DNA of 64,000 nucleotides from Blastocatellia bacterium (GCA_045807765.1 JBJMGU010000220.1:12796-76795), one strand, 5' to 3'. Positions 21,426 through 35,635 are shown, counted from the stretch's first letter. Program-made: numbers and translations. The notes: generated by a model not told the origin, from the sequence alone.

Positions 21426-21614
21426 TTATGCAGCGATGTGATCGTTGGAGACCGGCAGGTTAATCTGATTATCGGGCGCGGGCCGCAGCTCGATTTTGAT
21501 TTCGCGCTCGGCGCCGCATTCGTAACAGGTTTGCACCAATCGGTTATCCAGGGCGCGCGGGTGCGGGACGCCCCAGTAATGCGCGTGATTTCTCAAAAAA
21601 GCGAGTAGTGACAT
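21426..21614 (-). CDS. hypothetical small protein (~62 aa)
   Basis: MSLLAFLRNHAHYWGVPHPRALDNRLVQTCYECGAEREIKIELRPAPDNQ.... The longer track ORF (106 aa) has an implausible N-terminus. No family recognised. Confidence 0.3.
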   Translation of the reverse strand: MSLLAFLRNHAHYWGVPHPRALDNRLVQTCYECGAEREIKIELRPAPDNQINLPVSNDHIAA

Positions 21615-21742
21615 CGTCTTCTCCTCAGTCGTTGAAAGAACCTCTTTGGGGTTTTTATTCCCTCTCATTATGTTAGACGACAAATACAAGCCGATTGCCG
21701 CAAAAATTTCGCCGCCCGGTGATTTTTTTTTAAGCAGCCGGC

Positions 21743-22096
21743 TCAAAGCAGCTTATCGAGATTCTCAATCGGGCGCGCCAGCACTGCTTTGTCGCCGCGC
21801 ACGACGATGGGGCGCTGCATCAGGTCGGGGTGCGCGACCATCAGGCGAATCAGCTCGTCGTCTGACACGTCGCGCTTGCCTAACTCAAGCTCGCGATAAA
21901 CCGTTTCGCCCTTGCGCAGCAACTCGCGCGGCGGGATGCCGAGCTTATCAATCAGCGCGCGCAGTTCCGGTTCGGTCAGCGGCGTTTCGTAATAATTGAC
22001 CGCCTCAAACTCGACGCCGCATTCTTTCAGGCGGCCCAGCGTCTTCCGGCACGTCGTGCAGGTTGGCTTTTGATAGACCTTGATCTTATCGCTCAT
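21743..22096 (-). CDS. ArsC/Spx-family thioredoxin-fold protein (YffB-like)
   Basis: MSDKIKVYQKPTCTTCRK...: an N-terminal CxxC in a glutaredoxin-like fold, 117 aa. Confidence 0.7.
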   Translation of the reverse strand: MSDKIKVYQKPTCTTCRKTLGRLKECGVEFEAVNYYETPLTEPELRALIDKLGIPPRELLRKGETVYRELELGKRDVSDDELIRLMVAHPDLMQRPIVVRGDKAVLARPIENLDKLL

Positions 22097-22202
22097 CTCT
22101 TGCCTCCAAAGCGATTCTATCACAGCCAGGACGAGGTGCGCCGCGCCACATCCGTCTCCGCATTTCTGTTATAATATTTGTTCAAGCATTAAGGAGTAGA
22201 TT

Positions 22203-23264
22203 TTGAGAGTCGTATACGATAAGGGAATTTATCTGCCTGAAATTGACCTGTGGCTGGACGCGCGGCGGCGCTGTCAGTTATCGGTCATCTCGCATGCACA
22301 CGCCGACCATATTCAGCATCATCAGAGCATCATCGCCACGCCGGCGACGGCGCGCATCTTCGAGCATCGCATCAAGCGAACGGACGCGCTGTTGCTCGAC
22401 TTTTATGAAACGCGCGACTTCGGCAACTTCAAGCTGACCTTTTACCCGGCGGGCCACGTCCTCGGCTCGGCGCAAACCTTGATCGAATATAATGGCGAGC
22501 GCATCGTCTACACCGGCGACTTCAAACTACGCACAGGGCTATCGTGCGAAGCGCCTGAGATCGTGCCGTGCGACACGCTGATCACCGAATGCACCTTCGG
22601 CCAGCCGCACTTCGTCTTCCCCGATGACGCGCACGTCCACCGCTTGCTCTGCGAGCACGTAGACGAAGCCTTCAAAGCGGGCTTGCAGCCGGTGGTTTTC
22701 GGCTATTCGCTGGGCAAGAGCCAGGAGGCGCTGAAGGTTCTGCTGCGTAGCGGTTATTCGGTCGCCGTGCATCATTCGATCATGGCTATCGTTGATATTT
22801 ACCGCGAGATGGGAATTGAATTTGAAGGCGATTATCGCCCGCTCGATTGCAGCGACACAGACGGCCTGGTGGTGCTGGCGCCGCCGGGAGCGCGCAATGG
22901 CAGGGCGATGCAGTTGATCGAAAAGCCATACACGATCTACTTGAGCGGCTGGGGACTGGATGCGCGGGCGCGCTACCGTTATCAAACTGACGTGGTGCTG
23001 CCGTTGTCGGATCACGCGGGCTTTGACGACCTGGAGCGCTATGCCATTGCGTCGGGCGCAAAGAAAGTGTATACGCTTTACGGCGACCACACATTTGCGG
23101 CGCACCTGCGGCAGCAAGGCATTGACGCAGAGCATCTGCACCCGCTCCCGGTCATGCAGGCCGCGCCTGCGCCGCCGGCGCGTAAGCCATCAAGCAGCCG
23201 ACGGCGCCTTAAAGACGAAGCGACAATGAGCCTGTTTGAGTTGATCGAAAGCGCCACGAGTTAA
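22203..23264 (+). CDS. MBL-fold metallo-hydrolase, beta-CASP-like (possible ligase-associated DNA-damage-response exonuclease)
   Basis: HxHxDH motif (ISHAHADH), GH motif (YPAGHVLGSA), YTGDF, and the later His (LSDHAG). About 350 aa. It ends 6 nt before ligA. Coordinates follow the ORF track; the printed sequence reads the TTG start at 22202. Confidence 0.5.
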   Translation: MRVVYDKGIYLPEIDLWLDARRRCQLSVISHAHADHIQHHQSIIATPATARIFEHRIKRTDALLLDFYETRDFGNFKLTFYPAGHVLGSAQTLIEYNGERIVYTGDFKLRTGLSCEAPEIVPCDTLITECTFGQPHFVFPDDAHVHRLLCEHVDEAFKAGLQPVVFGYSLGKSQEALKVLLRSGYSVAVHHSIMAIVDIYREMGIEFEGDYRPLDCSDTDGLVVLAPPGARNGRAMQLIEKPYTIYLSGWGLDARARYRYQTDVVLPLSDHAGFDDLERYAIASGAKKVYTLYGDHTFAAHLRQQGIDAEHLHPLPVMQAAPAPPARKPSSSRRRLKDEATMSLFELIESATS

Positions 23265-23270
23265 GGTTGA

Positions 23271-25490
<2,220 letters not shown>

Positions 25491-25514
25491 ATTGGAGGCA
25501 GCGGCGCGGCAAAG

Positions 25515-26591
25515 ATGGAAGACGCTTATGAGGTGGAACTCGACAACGTCACGCGGCGCTTTGGCGACCTGACCGCGGTTGACGCGGTAACCCTCGGCAT
25601 CAGGCGTGGCGAATTCCTGACCCTGCTCGGCCCGTCGGGTTGCGGCAAGACGACGCTGCTTAGAATGATCGCCGGCTTTGCCGTGCCCGACAGCGGGCGC
25701 GTGCGCCTGGGCGGGCGCGACGTCACAGACCTGCCGCCTTACCGCCGCGATGTGACCACGGTCTTCCAACAGTACGCCCTCTTCCCGCACATGAACGTCT
25801 TCGACAATGTTGCCTTCGGGCTGCAACGCCGGCGTGTGGCGAAAGATGAAATCCGCCGCCGCGTCGACGACGCGTTGGAGATGGTTCGCCTGAGCGGACT
25901 GGATGAGCGCACGCCTGCGGAGCTATCCGGCGGCCAGCAACAGCGCGTTGCGCTGGCCCGCGCGCTGTTGCTTGAGCCACGCGTTCTCCTTCTCGATGAG
26001 CCGTTGGCGGCACTCGATTTGAAATTGCGTAAACAGATGCAGCTTGAGCTGAAAGGCTTGCAGCGGCGACTCGGCATCAGCTTTATCTACGTCACTCACG
26101 ATCAAGAAGAAGCCCTGACGATGAGCGACCGCATCGTCGTCATGAATGCGGGTCATATCGAGCAGATCGGTCGCGCCGAAGAGATTTACGAGCGCCCCGT
26201 CAGCGAATTCGTTGCCGGTTTCATTGGCATCTCGAACATCATTGAAGCCACGGTCGCGGAAGTGCGCGACGGTCTTTCTATTGTCGACATCAATGATTCA
26301 TCTGTCGCCGTTCAAGGTGATGTCGTGGCCGCAGGCGACCGCGTCCGCCTGATGGTGCGGCCTGAAAAGATCAAGTTGTCGAAAGACGGCGCAGCGGGCG
26401 GGCTCGGCGGGCACATCGAGTCGGCGGTCTATCTCGGCGAAAGCACGCAATGGCGCATCATGTTAGACGGCGGGCAAGCCATCATCGCGCTTGAGCAGAA
26501 TCAACAGCCGTTCGATTCTTCGCAGGCGCGCATCGGCCAACCGGTCACGGTCAGTTGGGAACCGGCCAGCGCCGTGATACTTCGCGGGTAA
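25515..26591 (+). CDS. ABC transporter ATP-binding protein, PotA/FbpC-like
   Basis: Walker [10 protein letters not shown], signature [15 protein letters not shown], Walker B LLLDEPLAALD, and a C-terminal TOBE-like domain. Confidence 0.85.
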   Translation: MEDAYEVELDNVTRRFGDLTAVDAVTLGIRRGEFLTLLGPSGCGKTTLLRMIAGFAVPDSGRVRLGGRDVTDLPPYRRDVTTVFQQYALFPHMNVFDNVAFGLQRRRVAKDEIRRRVDDALEMVRLSGLDERTPAELSGGQQQRVALARALLLEPRVLLLDEPLAALDLKLRKQMQLELKGLQRRLGISFIYVTHDQEEALTMSDRIVVMNAGHIEQIGRAEEIYERPVSEFVAGFIGISNIIEATVAEVRDGLSIVDINDSSVAVQGDVVAAGDRVRLMVRPEKIKLSKDGAAGGLGGHIESAVYLGESTQWRIMLDGGQAIIALEQNQQPFDSSQARIGQPVTVSWEPASAVILRG

Positions 26592-26599
26592 CAACATAG

Positions 26600-27469
26600 A
26601 TGGCAAGCGCTCAGATAAAAGCCAGCAACACAAAACGGCGCGGTGGCTGGTTGATGCTGCCTGCCGTTGGCTGGCTGCTCCTGTTCTTAATCGCGCCGCT
26701 CGTCATCGTCGTGATTGTCAGCCTGGCGACGCGCGGGCCGTATGGGAAAACCATCTACGATCTGTCACCTGCCAATTTCCTGCGCGCCATAGACCCGCTC
26801 TATCTGCGCGCTTACTGGCGCACGATCTGGATCGCGACGGCAACGACTGCGCTCTGCCTGATTGCCAGTTACCCGGTGGCCTATTATCTGGCCTTGCGCG
26901 CCGGGCAGCGTTGGAAACGATTGCTGCTCGTGCTGACTGTGATTCCCTTCTGGACAAGTTTTTTGATTCGCACCTATGCGTGGATGCTGTTGCTGCGCAG
27001 CGAAGGCGTCATCAATTCATTGCTGCTGCATACGGGACTGATTCACGAGCCGCTGAAGCTCCTATATAACGACTTCGCAGTGCTGGTCGGGCAAGTCTAT
27101 GGCGAGCTGCCGTTTATGATTCTGCCGATCTATGTGGCGCTCGAACGCCTGGACACGCGTCTGCTCGAAGCGGCGCAAGACCTCGGAGCCAATCGTTTCT
27201 GGACATTTATAAAAGTGACGCTGCCGCTGTCGCGCCCCGGTCTTATTGCCGGCATCGTGCTGGTCTTCATCCCGTCGCTCGGCGCGTTCATCACGCCCGA
27301 TCTGCTGGGCGGCGCCAAATCGATCATGGTCGGCAACCTGATTCAGAACCAGTTCGCGCAGCTCAATCAACCGTTCGGCTCGGCGTTGTCATTGCTGCTG
27401 ACCGCTGCCGTCCTGCTGCTGCTCGCCCTCGCCTTAAAAGCCGGCTTGAAAGCCGCCGAGCTTGCTTGA
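26600..27469 (+). CDS. ABC transporter permease, PotB-like
   Basis: 6 TM segments with the EAA-like motif region (EAAQDLGANRFWTFIKVTLPLSRPG). Confidence 0.8.
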   Translation: MASAQIKASNTKRRGGWLMLPAVGWLLLFLIAPLVIVVIVSLATRGPYGKTIYDLSPANFLRAIDPLYLRAYWRTIWIATATTALCLIASYPVAYYLALRAGQRWKRLLLVLTVIPFWTSFLIRTYAWMLLLRSEGVINSLLLHTGLIHEPLKLLYNDFAVLVGQVYGELPFMILPIYVALERLDTRLLEAAQDLGANRFWTFIKVTLPLSRPGLIAGIVLVFIPSLGAFITPDLLGGAKSIMVGNLIQNQFAQLNQPFGSALSLLLTAAVLLLLALALKAGLKAAELA

Positions 27470-27581
27470 GCAGAAATGATGAATGATGAATAGATGAATG
27501 ATGAATAAAGGCAGGGGATTGTCTATAGAAAATCCGGCTGCCGTTTCCTCTTCAGTTCATCCTTCATCATTCATCATTTTC
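27470..27581. repeat. intercistronic tandem-repeat hairpin (unit ATGAATG; centred on palindrome TCTATAGA)
   Basis: Left arm gcagaaatgatgaatgatgaatagatgaatgatgaataaagg; right arm cctcttcagttcatccttcatcattcatcattttc. The distal 18 bp are a perfect stem. The centre ggcaggggattgtctatagaaaatccggctgcc contains a perfect 8-bp palindrome, tctataga. It starts 1 nt after the potB-like stop. Confidence 0.75.
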
Positions 27582-27642
27582 TTGAAAAGACCGCCCGCTG
27601 ATGGTTATCGTATAAGTTCAGATTAAGGACGGAAGCGCTTTA

Positions 27643-29373
27643 ATGAACATACTCGGACTATCTGGACAGGAGCGCGACGCGGCGGCGGCGCTTGTGCAGA
27701 AGGGACGCGTCGTTGCCGCCATCGAAGAAGAAAAACTGGCGCGCATTCGTCACATCGGCATGAATTACGCCGGTGGCTTGCCGCAACGCGCCATTCAGTT
27801 CTGCCTGGAGCGCGCCGGCATCACCTACGAGCAGCTCGATTACATCGCCTATTACCTCGAGCCTTATAAGAAGTTTCATCGAGAGATTGCTTTCAGCTCG
27901 ACGCGCGCCACACAGGCACTCGACGCCGATACCATCGAAGACTTCCCGCCCTACTTCGTTGACAGTCTTAACGAGCTAAAGCAGCGGCTACGCACCCGGC
28001 GGATGATCGAATCGCGCCTGTCTGCAAAGGGTCAATTCATCGCCGTGCCGCATCACCTGGCACACGGCGCGAGCAGCTTCTACGCTTCTGGCTTCGAGCG
28101 CGCCGCTGTAATCTCTGCCGACCAGCGCGGCGATATGACGACGACCGCCTTGATGACCGGCAGCGGCCACGAATTGCGACTCAACGCCGAAGCGCGATTC
28201 CCCAACTCGCTCGGCCTCGTCTATAATGCGGTCACCGCGGCGCTCGGCTTCGATTACGAAGGCGACTGGCACAAGACCATGTGGTTGGCGCCGACCGGCG
28301 AGAATCGCTTCGCCGATCTCTTTAACGATCTGCTCGCGGTTGACCAGAGCGGTCTGCCGTTGATCAATCAGGAATTTTTCAATATTGACGCGCGCGGCAT
28401 CGCGGCGCTATCGGAGAAATTTTTTGAGCGTGCCGGGATCAAGCCGCGCGCTCGAACCGACGCGCTGACCGCCACACATTGTGATCTTGCCGCCAGCCTG
28501 CAAGCCCGCCTTGAAGAGACACTCTGCGACATCGCCGCGCGCCACCGCAAAGCGACCGCCGAAGACAGCCTTTGTCTGGCGGGCGGTGTGGCGCTGAACA
28601 GCCTGGCCAACGCGGCGCTCGAACGACGCGCCGGCTTCACGCGAATCTTCGTACAGCCGGCGGCAGGCAACGCCGGCGCATCGCTGGGCGCAGCGCTTTA
28701 CGTCCATCACCAGATGCTTGGCAACCGCGAGCGCGTCTACCGGATGGAGCATGCTTTCTTAGGCCCGCAAACCACCGACGACGAGATCAAGAGCGTGCTG
28801 GATAATTGTAAGCTGGCTTATGAATACTTTCTGACCGAAGACAAGCTGATCGCCGAAGTCGCCCGCCTGCTGGCTCAAGGCCGCATTACCGGCTGGTTTC
28901 GCGGCGCTATGGAATTTGGGCCGCGGGCGCTGGGCGCTCGCAGCATTCTGGCGTCGCCGGTATCCGAGATGATGCGCGACAACCTGAACGTCTACATCAA
29001 GCGCCGCGAAGATTACCGCCCGTTCTCGGCCTCAGTGCCGGAAGAGCGCGCCGCCGAATTCTTCGAGCCGAGCGCGCTGACCGAGTTCCTGCAAGGGATC
29101 AGCCGCATTCGCGAGGACAAGCGGGCGCTGATTCCTGCGGCGGTCTTCGGCAACGATCTGGTGCGCGTCCACAGTGTCAATCGTAAGACCAACCCGGTGT
29201 TCTGGAAGCTGCTGACGAAGTTCGGCGAAGCGACAGGCGTGCCCGTCTTACTGAACACCTCATTCAACCTCTTCGGCGAGCCAGTGGTATCAACGCCGCG
29301 CGAAGCCGTGCGCGGCTTTTATTGTTCCGGTATCGATTGCCTGACCATCGGCAATTTCGTGATCAAGAAATAA
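27643..29373 (+). CDS. NodU/CmcH-family carbamoyltransferase
   Basis: 576 aa. The N-terminal Kae1/YgjD-like domain (MNILGLSGQERDAAAALV..., HHLAHGASSFYASGF) and C-terminal CmcH domain are typical of O-carbamoyltransferases (TobZ/NodU). Confidence 0.75.
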   Translation: MNILGLSGQERDAAAALVQKGRVVAAIEEEKLARIRHIGMNYAGGLPQRAIQFCLERAGITYEQLDYIAYYLEPYKKFHREIAFSSTRATQALDADTIEDFPPYFVDSLNELKQRLRTRRMIESRLSAKGQFIAVPHHLAHGASSFYASGFERAAVISADQRGDMTTTALMTGSGHELRLNAEARFPNSLGLVYNAVTAALGFDYEGDWHKTMWLAPTGENRFADLFNDLLAVDQSGLPLINQEFFNIDARGIAALSEKFFERAGIKPRARTDALTATHCDLAASLQARLEETLCDIAARHRKATAEDSLCLAGGVALNSLANAALERRAGFTRIFVQPAAGNAGASLGAALYVHHQMLGNRERVYRMEHAFLGPQTTDDEIKSVLDNCKLAYEYFLTEDKLIAEVARLLAQGRITGWFRGAMEFGPRALGARSILASPVSEMMRDNLNVYIKRREDYRPFSASVPEERAAEFFEPSALTEFLQGISRIREDKRALIPAAVFGNDLVRVHSVNRKTNPVFWKLLTKFGEATGVPVLLNTSFNLFGEPVVSTPREAVRGFYCSGIDCLTIGNFVIKK

Positions 29374-30323
29374 TGAGTAAACAACTTTATCTAGTCACCG
29401 GCGGCGCGGGTTTCATTGGCAGCCACCTCTGCGAGCGGCTGGTTCGAGAAGGCCAGGGCGTGCGCGTGCTTGATAATTTCTTCGCTGGCAAAGAAGCGAA
29501 CCTCGAACCGTTCAAAGACAACATCGAGGTGATACGCGGCGACATCCGCGACGCGCGCACAGTGACTGATGCGATGCGCGGCGTTAATATTGTTTTTCAC
29601 GAAGCCGCGCTCGGCTCAGTGCCGCGCTCGGTCGCCGACCCTTTGAGCACGCATGAGGTCAACATCAACGGCACGTTGAACGTCTTGCTCGCGGCGCGCG
29701 ACGCCGGCGTGCGGCGGGTGGTTTCGGCATCGAGCTCGTCGGTCTACGGCGAAACGCCGACGCTGCCCAAGCATGAAGGAATCACGCCGCAGCCGCTTTC
29801 GCCTTATGCGCTGTCAAAGCTCACGGGCGAGCAATACATCAGCGTCTTCAATAAGGTCTATGGATTCGAGGCGGTGGCGCTGCGGTACTTCAACATCTTC
29901 GGGCCGCGCCAGGACCCTGAGTCGCAATACGCGGCGGTGATCCCGCGCTTTGTCACTGCCTTGTTCGAAGGCCGCCAACCGGTGATCTATGGCGATGGTC
30001 AGCAGTCGCGAGATTTTACTTTTGTCGAGAACGTCGTCGAAGCGAACCTGCTGGCGTCGGAGGCCGAAGGCATCGCGGGCCGCGCCTTCAATGTGGCCTG
30101 TGGCGGACGTTACACGTTGCTCGACGTGCTAGCGAAGCTGAAAGAGATCATCGGCAGCACCATCGAACCGCTGCACGAAGCCGCCCGCCGCGGTGACGTG
30201 CGTGATTCGCAGGCTTCGATAGATGCGGCTGCCGAGGCTTTCGGCTATCGCGTTAAAGTGGATTTTGATGAAGGCTTGCGGCGCACGGTGGCGTGGTACA
30301 AGGCGCAGGCCGTCGGCGATTGA
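29373..30323 (+). CDS. NAD-dependent epimerase/dehydratase (extended SDR; UDP-sugar 4-epimerase / WbpP-like)
   Basis: GGAGFIGSHL Rossmann motif and YxxxK (YALSKL). The start ATG overlaps the carbamoyltransferase stop as TAATG. Confidence 0.75.
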   Translation: MSKQLYLVTGGAGFIGSHLCERLVREGQGVRVLDNFFAGKEANLEPFKDNIEVIRGDIRDARTVTDAMRGVNIVFHEAALGSVPRSVADPLSTHEVNINGTLNVLLAARDAGVRRVVSASSSSVYGETPTLPKHEGITPQPLSPYALSKLTGEQYISVFNKVYGFEAVALRYFNIFGPRQDPESQYAAVIPRFVTALFEGRQPVIYGDGQQSRDFTFVENVVEANLLASEAEGIAGRAFNVACGGRYTLLDVLAKLKEIIGSTIEPLHEAARRGDVRDSQASIDAAAEAFGYRVKVDFDEGLRRTVAWYKAQAVGD

Positions 30324-30327
30324 GCCA

Positions 30328-31263
30328 CTATGCTGACAATGCCGCCACATGCGTTCTGACCGTCTCGCCGAGTGTATCCAGATTGTAACCACCTTCGAGC
30401 ACCGAAACGACGCGGCTGTGACCGTGGCGCTCGGCCATGCCCATCACCTCTTTGGTCATCTCGCGAAAGTCAGCATCTTCTAACAGCAGGCCGCCCAGGG
30501 GATCGCCGCGCCGCGAATCGAATCCGGCAGAGATGAGGATCAGATCGGGCGGGAAGCGCGCTTCAATCGCCCGCAAGGCGTCGCTGAACGCTTGCCGATG
30601 ATCGCGCGCCGAGGTGCCTTCGCCGAGCGGCACGTTGAGCGTGGTGTCCTGGCCGCGCCCTTCGCCGCGCTCGGTCGCCGCGCCGGTGCCGGGATAATAC
30701 GGATATTGATGCGTCGAGAAATAATAGACCGTCGGATCACTGTAGAAGATGTCCTGCGTGCCGTTTCCATGATGCACGTCCCAATCAATGATCAAGACGC
30801 GCTCGACACCGTAGGCAGTCTGCGCGTAACGCGCGCCAATCGCCGCGTTGTTGAATAAGCAGAAGCCCATCGCTCGGCTCGGCGTCGCGTGATGGCCGGG
30901 CGGTCGCACCAGCGCGAAGGCGTTCTGCGCGCCGCCGCCGAACACCTGATCGATGCCGACAAGAACCGCGCCCGCCGCCAGCCGCGCCACTTCAAATGAT
31001 TGCTCGCTGATCACTGTGTCGAGGTCAATGTAAGGTACGCCACGTTCGCAGAGCTTGCGAATCTGCTCGATCAAGCGCTCGCTGTGACAGCACGCGATCT
31101 CTGCGTCGCTGGCCTCGCGTGGCGCCAGCCGGGCAAGGCGCTGCCAGAGCGCTTGATCATTTTCCAGCGCTTCGAGGATCACATCGAAACGCTTGGAATT
31201 CTCAGGATGAGGGCCGGTCTTGTGCAGACGCGATGCCGCATCGTAAACGAGTGCCGTGGTCAT
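30328..31263 (-). CDS. histone deacetylase-family protein (AcuC/AphA-like amidohydrolase)
   Basis: MTTALVYD... start, with HDAC motifs (..HHGNGTQ.., ..GFD..). The track ORF extends to 31482 through hairpin D and is almost certainly over-extended. Confidence 0.75.
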   Translation of the reverse strand: MTTALVYDAASRLHKTGPHPENSKRFDVILEALENDQALWQRLARLAPREASDAEIACCHSERLIEQIRKLCERGVPYIDLDTVISEQSFEVARLAAGAVLVGIDQVFGGGAQNAFALVRPPGHHATPSRAMGFCLFNNAAIGARYAQTAYGVERVLIIDWDVHHGNGTQDIFYSDPTVYYFSTHQYPYYPGTGAATERGEGRGQDTTLNVPLGEGTSARDHRQAFSDALRAIEARFPPDLILISAGFDSRRGDPLGGLLLEDADFREMTKEVMGMAERHGHSRVVSVLEGGYNLDTLGETVRTHVAALSA

Positions 31264-31294
31264 GCGAGGATTATAGGAAAGGCAGAGGGAAAAT

Positions 31295-31392
31295 GCGACA
31301 CGGCAACGCGGCGACGCGGCGAGGGAAAGATAGATAGAATGACTGCTGACTTTCTTTCCCCGCGTCGCCGCGTCGCCGTGTCGCCGCGTCAC
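31295..31392. repeat. GACGCGGC-type tandem-repeat hairpin (family copy 3 of 3)
   Basis: Left arm gcgacacggcaacgcggcgacgcggcgagggaaag; right arm ctttccccgcgtcgccgcgtcgccgtgtcgccgcgtcac; 24-nt AT-rich loop. It lies between two minus-strand genes, 5 nt beyond the LolD-like stop and 32 nt upstream of the HDAC-like start. It shares the junction motif CGCGGCGAGGGA with the 10214 element. Confidence 0.75.
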
Positions 31393-31396
31393 TTTC

Positions 31397-32110
31397 CTAG
31401 ACGGTGACGGGCGGGGCGGTCTTCTCTTCGTCCACGACCAGGCCGTCGAACACGTGCACGGTGCGGTCGGCGTGCGAGGCATAGCGCTGGTCGTGCGTCA
31501 CCATGCAGATGGTCGCGCCCTGTTCGTGCAATTCGCTGAGCAGTTCCATGACCGCTTCGCCGTTGACCGAATCGAGGTTACCGGTCGGCTCGTCGGCGAG
31601 CAGGATCAGCGGATCGCCGGCGACGGCGCGGGCGACGGCGACGCGCTGCTGTTGACCGCCAGAGAGCTGGCTGGGCAGATGCTTGGCGCGGTGCGCCATA
31701 CCGACGCGCTCAAGCGCCGCGCGAACGCGGTCACGGCGCTCATTGGCGCGCATGCCGCGATAGGTGAGCGGCAGCTCAACGTTCTCGTAAACCGAGAGGT
31801 CGCCGATGAGGTTGAAACTTTGAAAGATGAAACCGACTTCGCGGTTGCGGATGCGGGCGCGCTCAGACAAGGGCAGATCGGCAACCGGTTTGCCGCCGAG
31901 CCAGTAGCCGCCATCGGAAGGCGAGTCGAGGAGACCGAGAATCGACAGCAAAGTGGATTTGCCGCATCCCGATGGTCCGGCGATTGAGATATACTCGCCG
32001 CGCTCGACTTCAAGGTGAATGCCCGACAGCGCATGGGTTTCGACTTCGTCGGTGAGAAAAACTTTGGTCACGCCTTCGAGCTTGATCAGCGGTTGATCGT
32101 TCGCGCTCAT
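31397..32110 (-). CDS. ABC transporter ATP-binding protein, LolD/MacB-type (no adjacent permease)
   Basis: Walker [10 protein letters not shown], signature [14 protein letters not shown], Walker [13 protein letters not shown]-loop TICMVTHD. Confidence 0.8.
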   Translation of the reverse strand: MSANDQPLIKLEGVTKVFLTDEVETHALSGIHLEVERGEYISIAGPSGCGKSTLLSILGLLDSPSDGGYWLGGKPVADLPLSERARIRNREVGFIFQSFNLIGDLSVYENVELPLTYRGMRANERRDRVRAALERVGMAHRAKHLPSQLSGGQQQRVAVARAVAGDPLILLADEPTGNLDSVNGEAVMELLSELHEQGATICMVTHDQRYASHADRTVHVFDGLVVDEEKTAPPVTV

Positions 32111-32376
32111 CTATCCTCTCCTTCCGCAGGGAGCGCGGCGCTGGGCCATCGCGCGCTCGGTGAATTCTTGCTTAATCGCCTCCGACCCTGATTACGTTTC
32201 GCGCACCCCTGGCGGGTGCAGTAATGCAGGGCGTTCGGGCGACACAATTCCGCCTCAAGTTCTTCAGTGAGTGGCACGACGCTGCAAAAGGTTGCAAAAA
32301 AAATGGCAGGCGTGGCCCGCACTGGCCTCACCCATTAAGACGTTCTGCAATGAATAGTGTTATCGCCGGGCCGCGA

Positions 32377-34935
<2,559 letters not shown>

Positions 34936-35196
34936 AATCTTAAATCCGCCGGGGGGTTCGGCTTGTCGTCTCGCTCAACCGCCGTCCTGTTAGACGCACG
35001 GCAGAGGGCGTTTGTTCCATTCAATATTTTCCGGCGATTGTGTAGCGTGGGCACAGCCGCTGTTGATAAAGACGGTGCCTGAAGTGAAAGTGTTACACAC
35101 CATCCGCCATGCGTCTACGCTTTTGTCATGAAGGGGTGGCGCAGCGCCACGAACAGCGCAATGCGCGGCTTGAACCGCGGGCCGGGGTTATTATTT

Positions 35197-35226
35197 TTGC
35201 CTTAAAATCAACAAATGACGTATAGT
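35197..35226 (+). promoter_or_regulatory. putative sigma-70-type promoter (TTGCCT-N18-TATAGT)
   Basis: A -35 TTGCCT at 35197-35202 and -10 TATAGT at 35221-35226 lie within a 340-bp AT-richer noncoding region, about 45 nt upstream of ATG 35273. Confidence 0.4.
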
Positions 35227-35272
35227 AATTTCCGGCTGAGTGAGAGACAATGTTTGTGGAAAGTGAGGTCAT

Positions 35273-35635
35273 ATGAGCAACGATCAAACATCAGACGACC
35301 TGACAACCAAGCCAACCCTGGAAACGGTGTTGGAACGAATTAACGCGGTTGCCATCAGCATCGGCGAACTGCGAGCTGACGTGAATCAGCGGTTCACTGC
35401 TGTTGGCGACGAGATAGTGCAACTGCGAACCGATATGAATCAACGATTCGACGCCGTAGAGCAACGATTCGAGACCGTTGACAAAGAAATCGCCAACCTG
35501 CGCAAAGATGTGGAGCGAGGCTTCCGCAACACAGAGCGCAAAATGGCATATCTCGCTAACGATTTTCTAGGGCGGCGTGCCGAGCAAGATGAATTATTGG
35601 AACGTATCGAGGCGCTCGAAAATAAAGCTTCCTAA
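35273..35635 (+). CDS. small coiled-coil protein (paralog of the 45437-45811 gene)
   Basis: 120 aa. It shares TVLERINA, MNQRFDAVEQRF and RIEALENK with the 45437 paralog; compare TVLERLNE, MNQRFADVDRQF and RLDKLEQK there. Confidence 0.55.
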   Translation: MSNDQTSDDLTTKPTLETVLERINAVAISIGELRADVNQRFTAVGDEIVQLRTDMNQRFDAVEQRFETVDKEIANLRKDVERGFRNTERKMAYLANDFLGRRAEQDELLERIEALENKAS

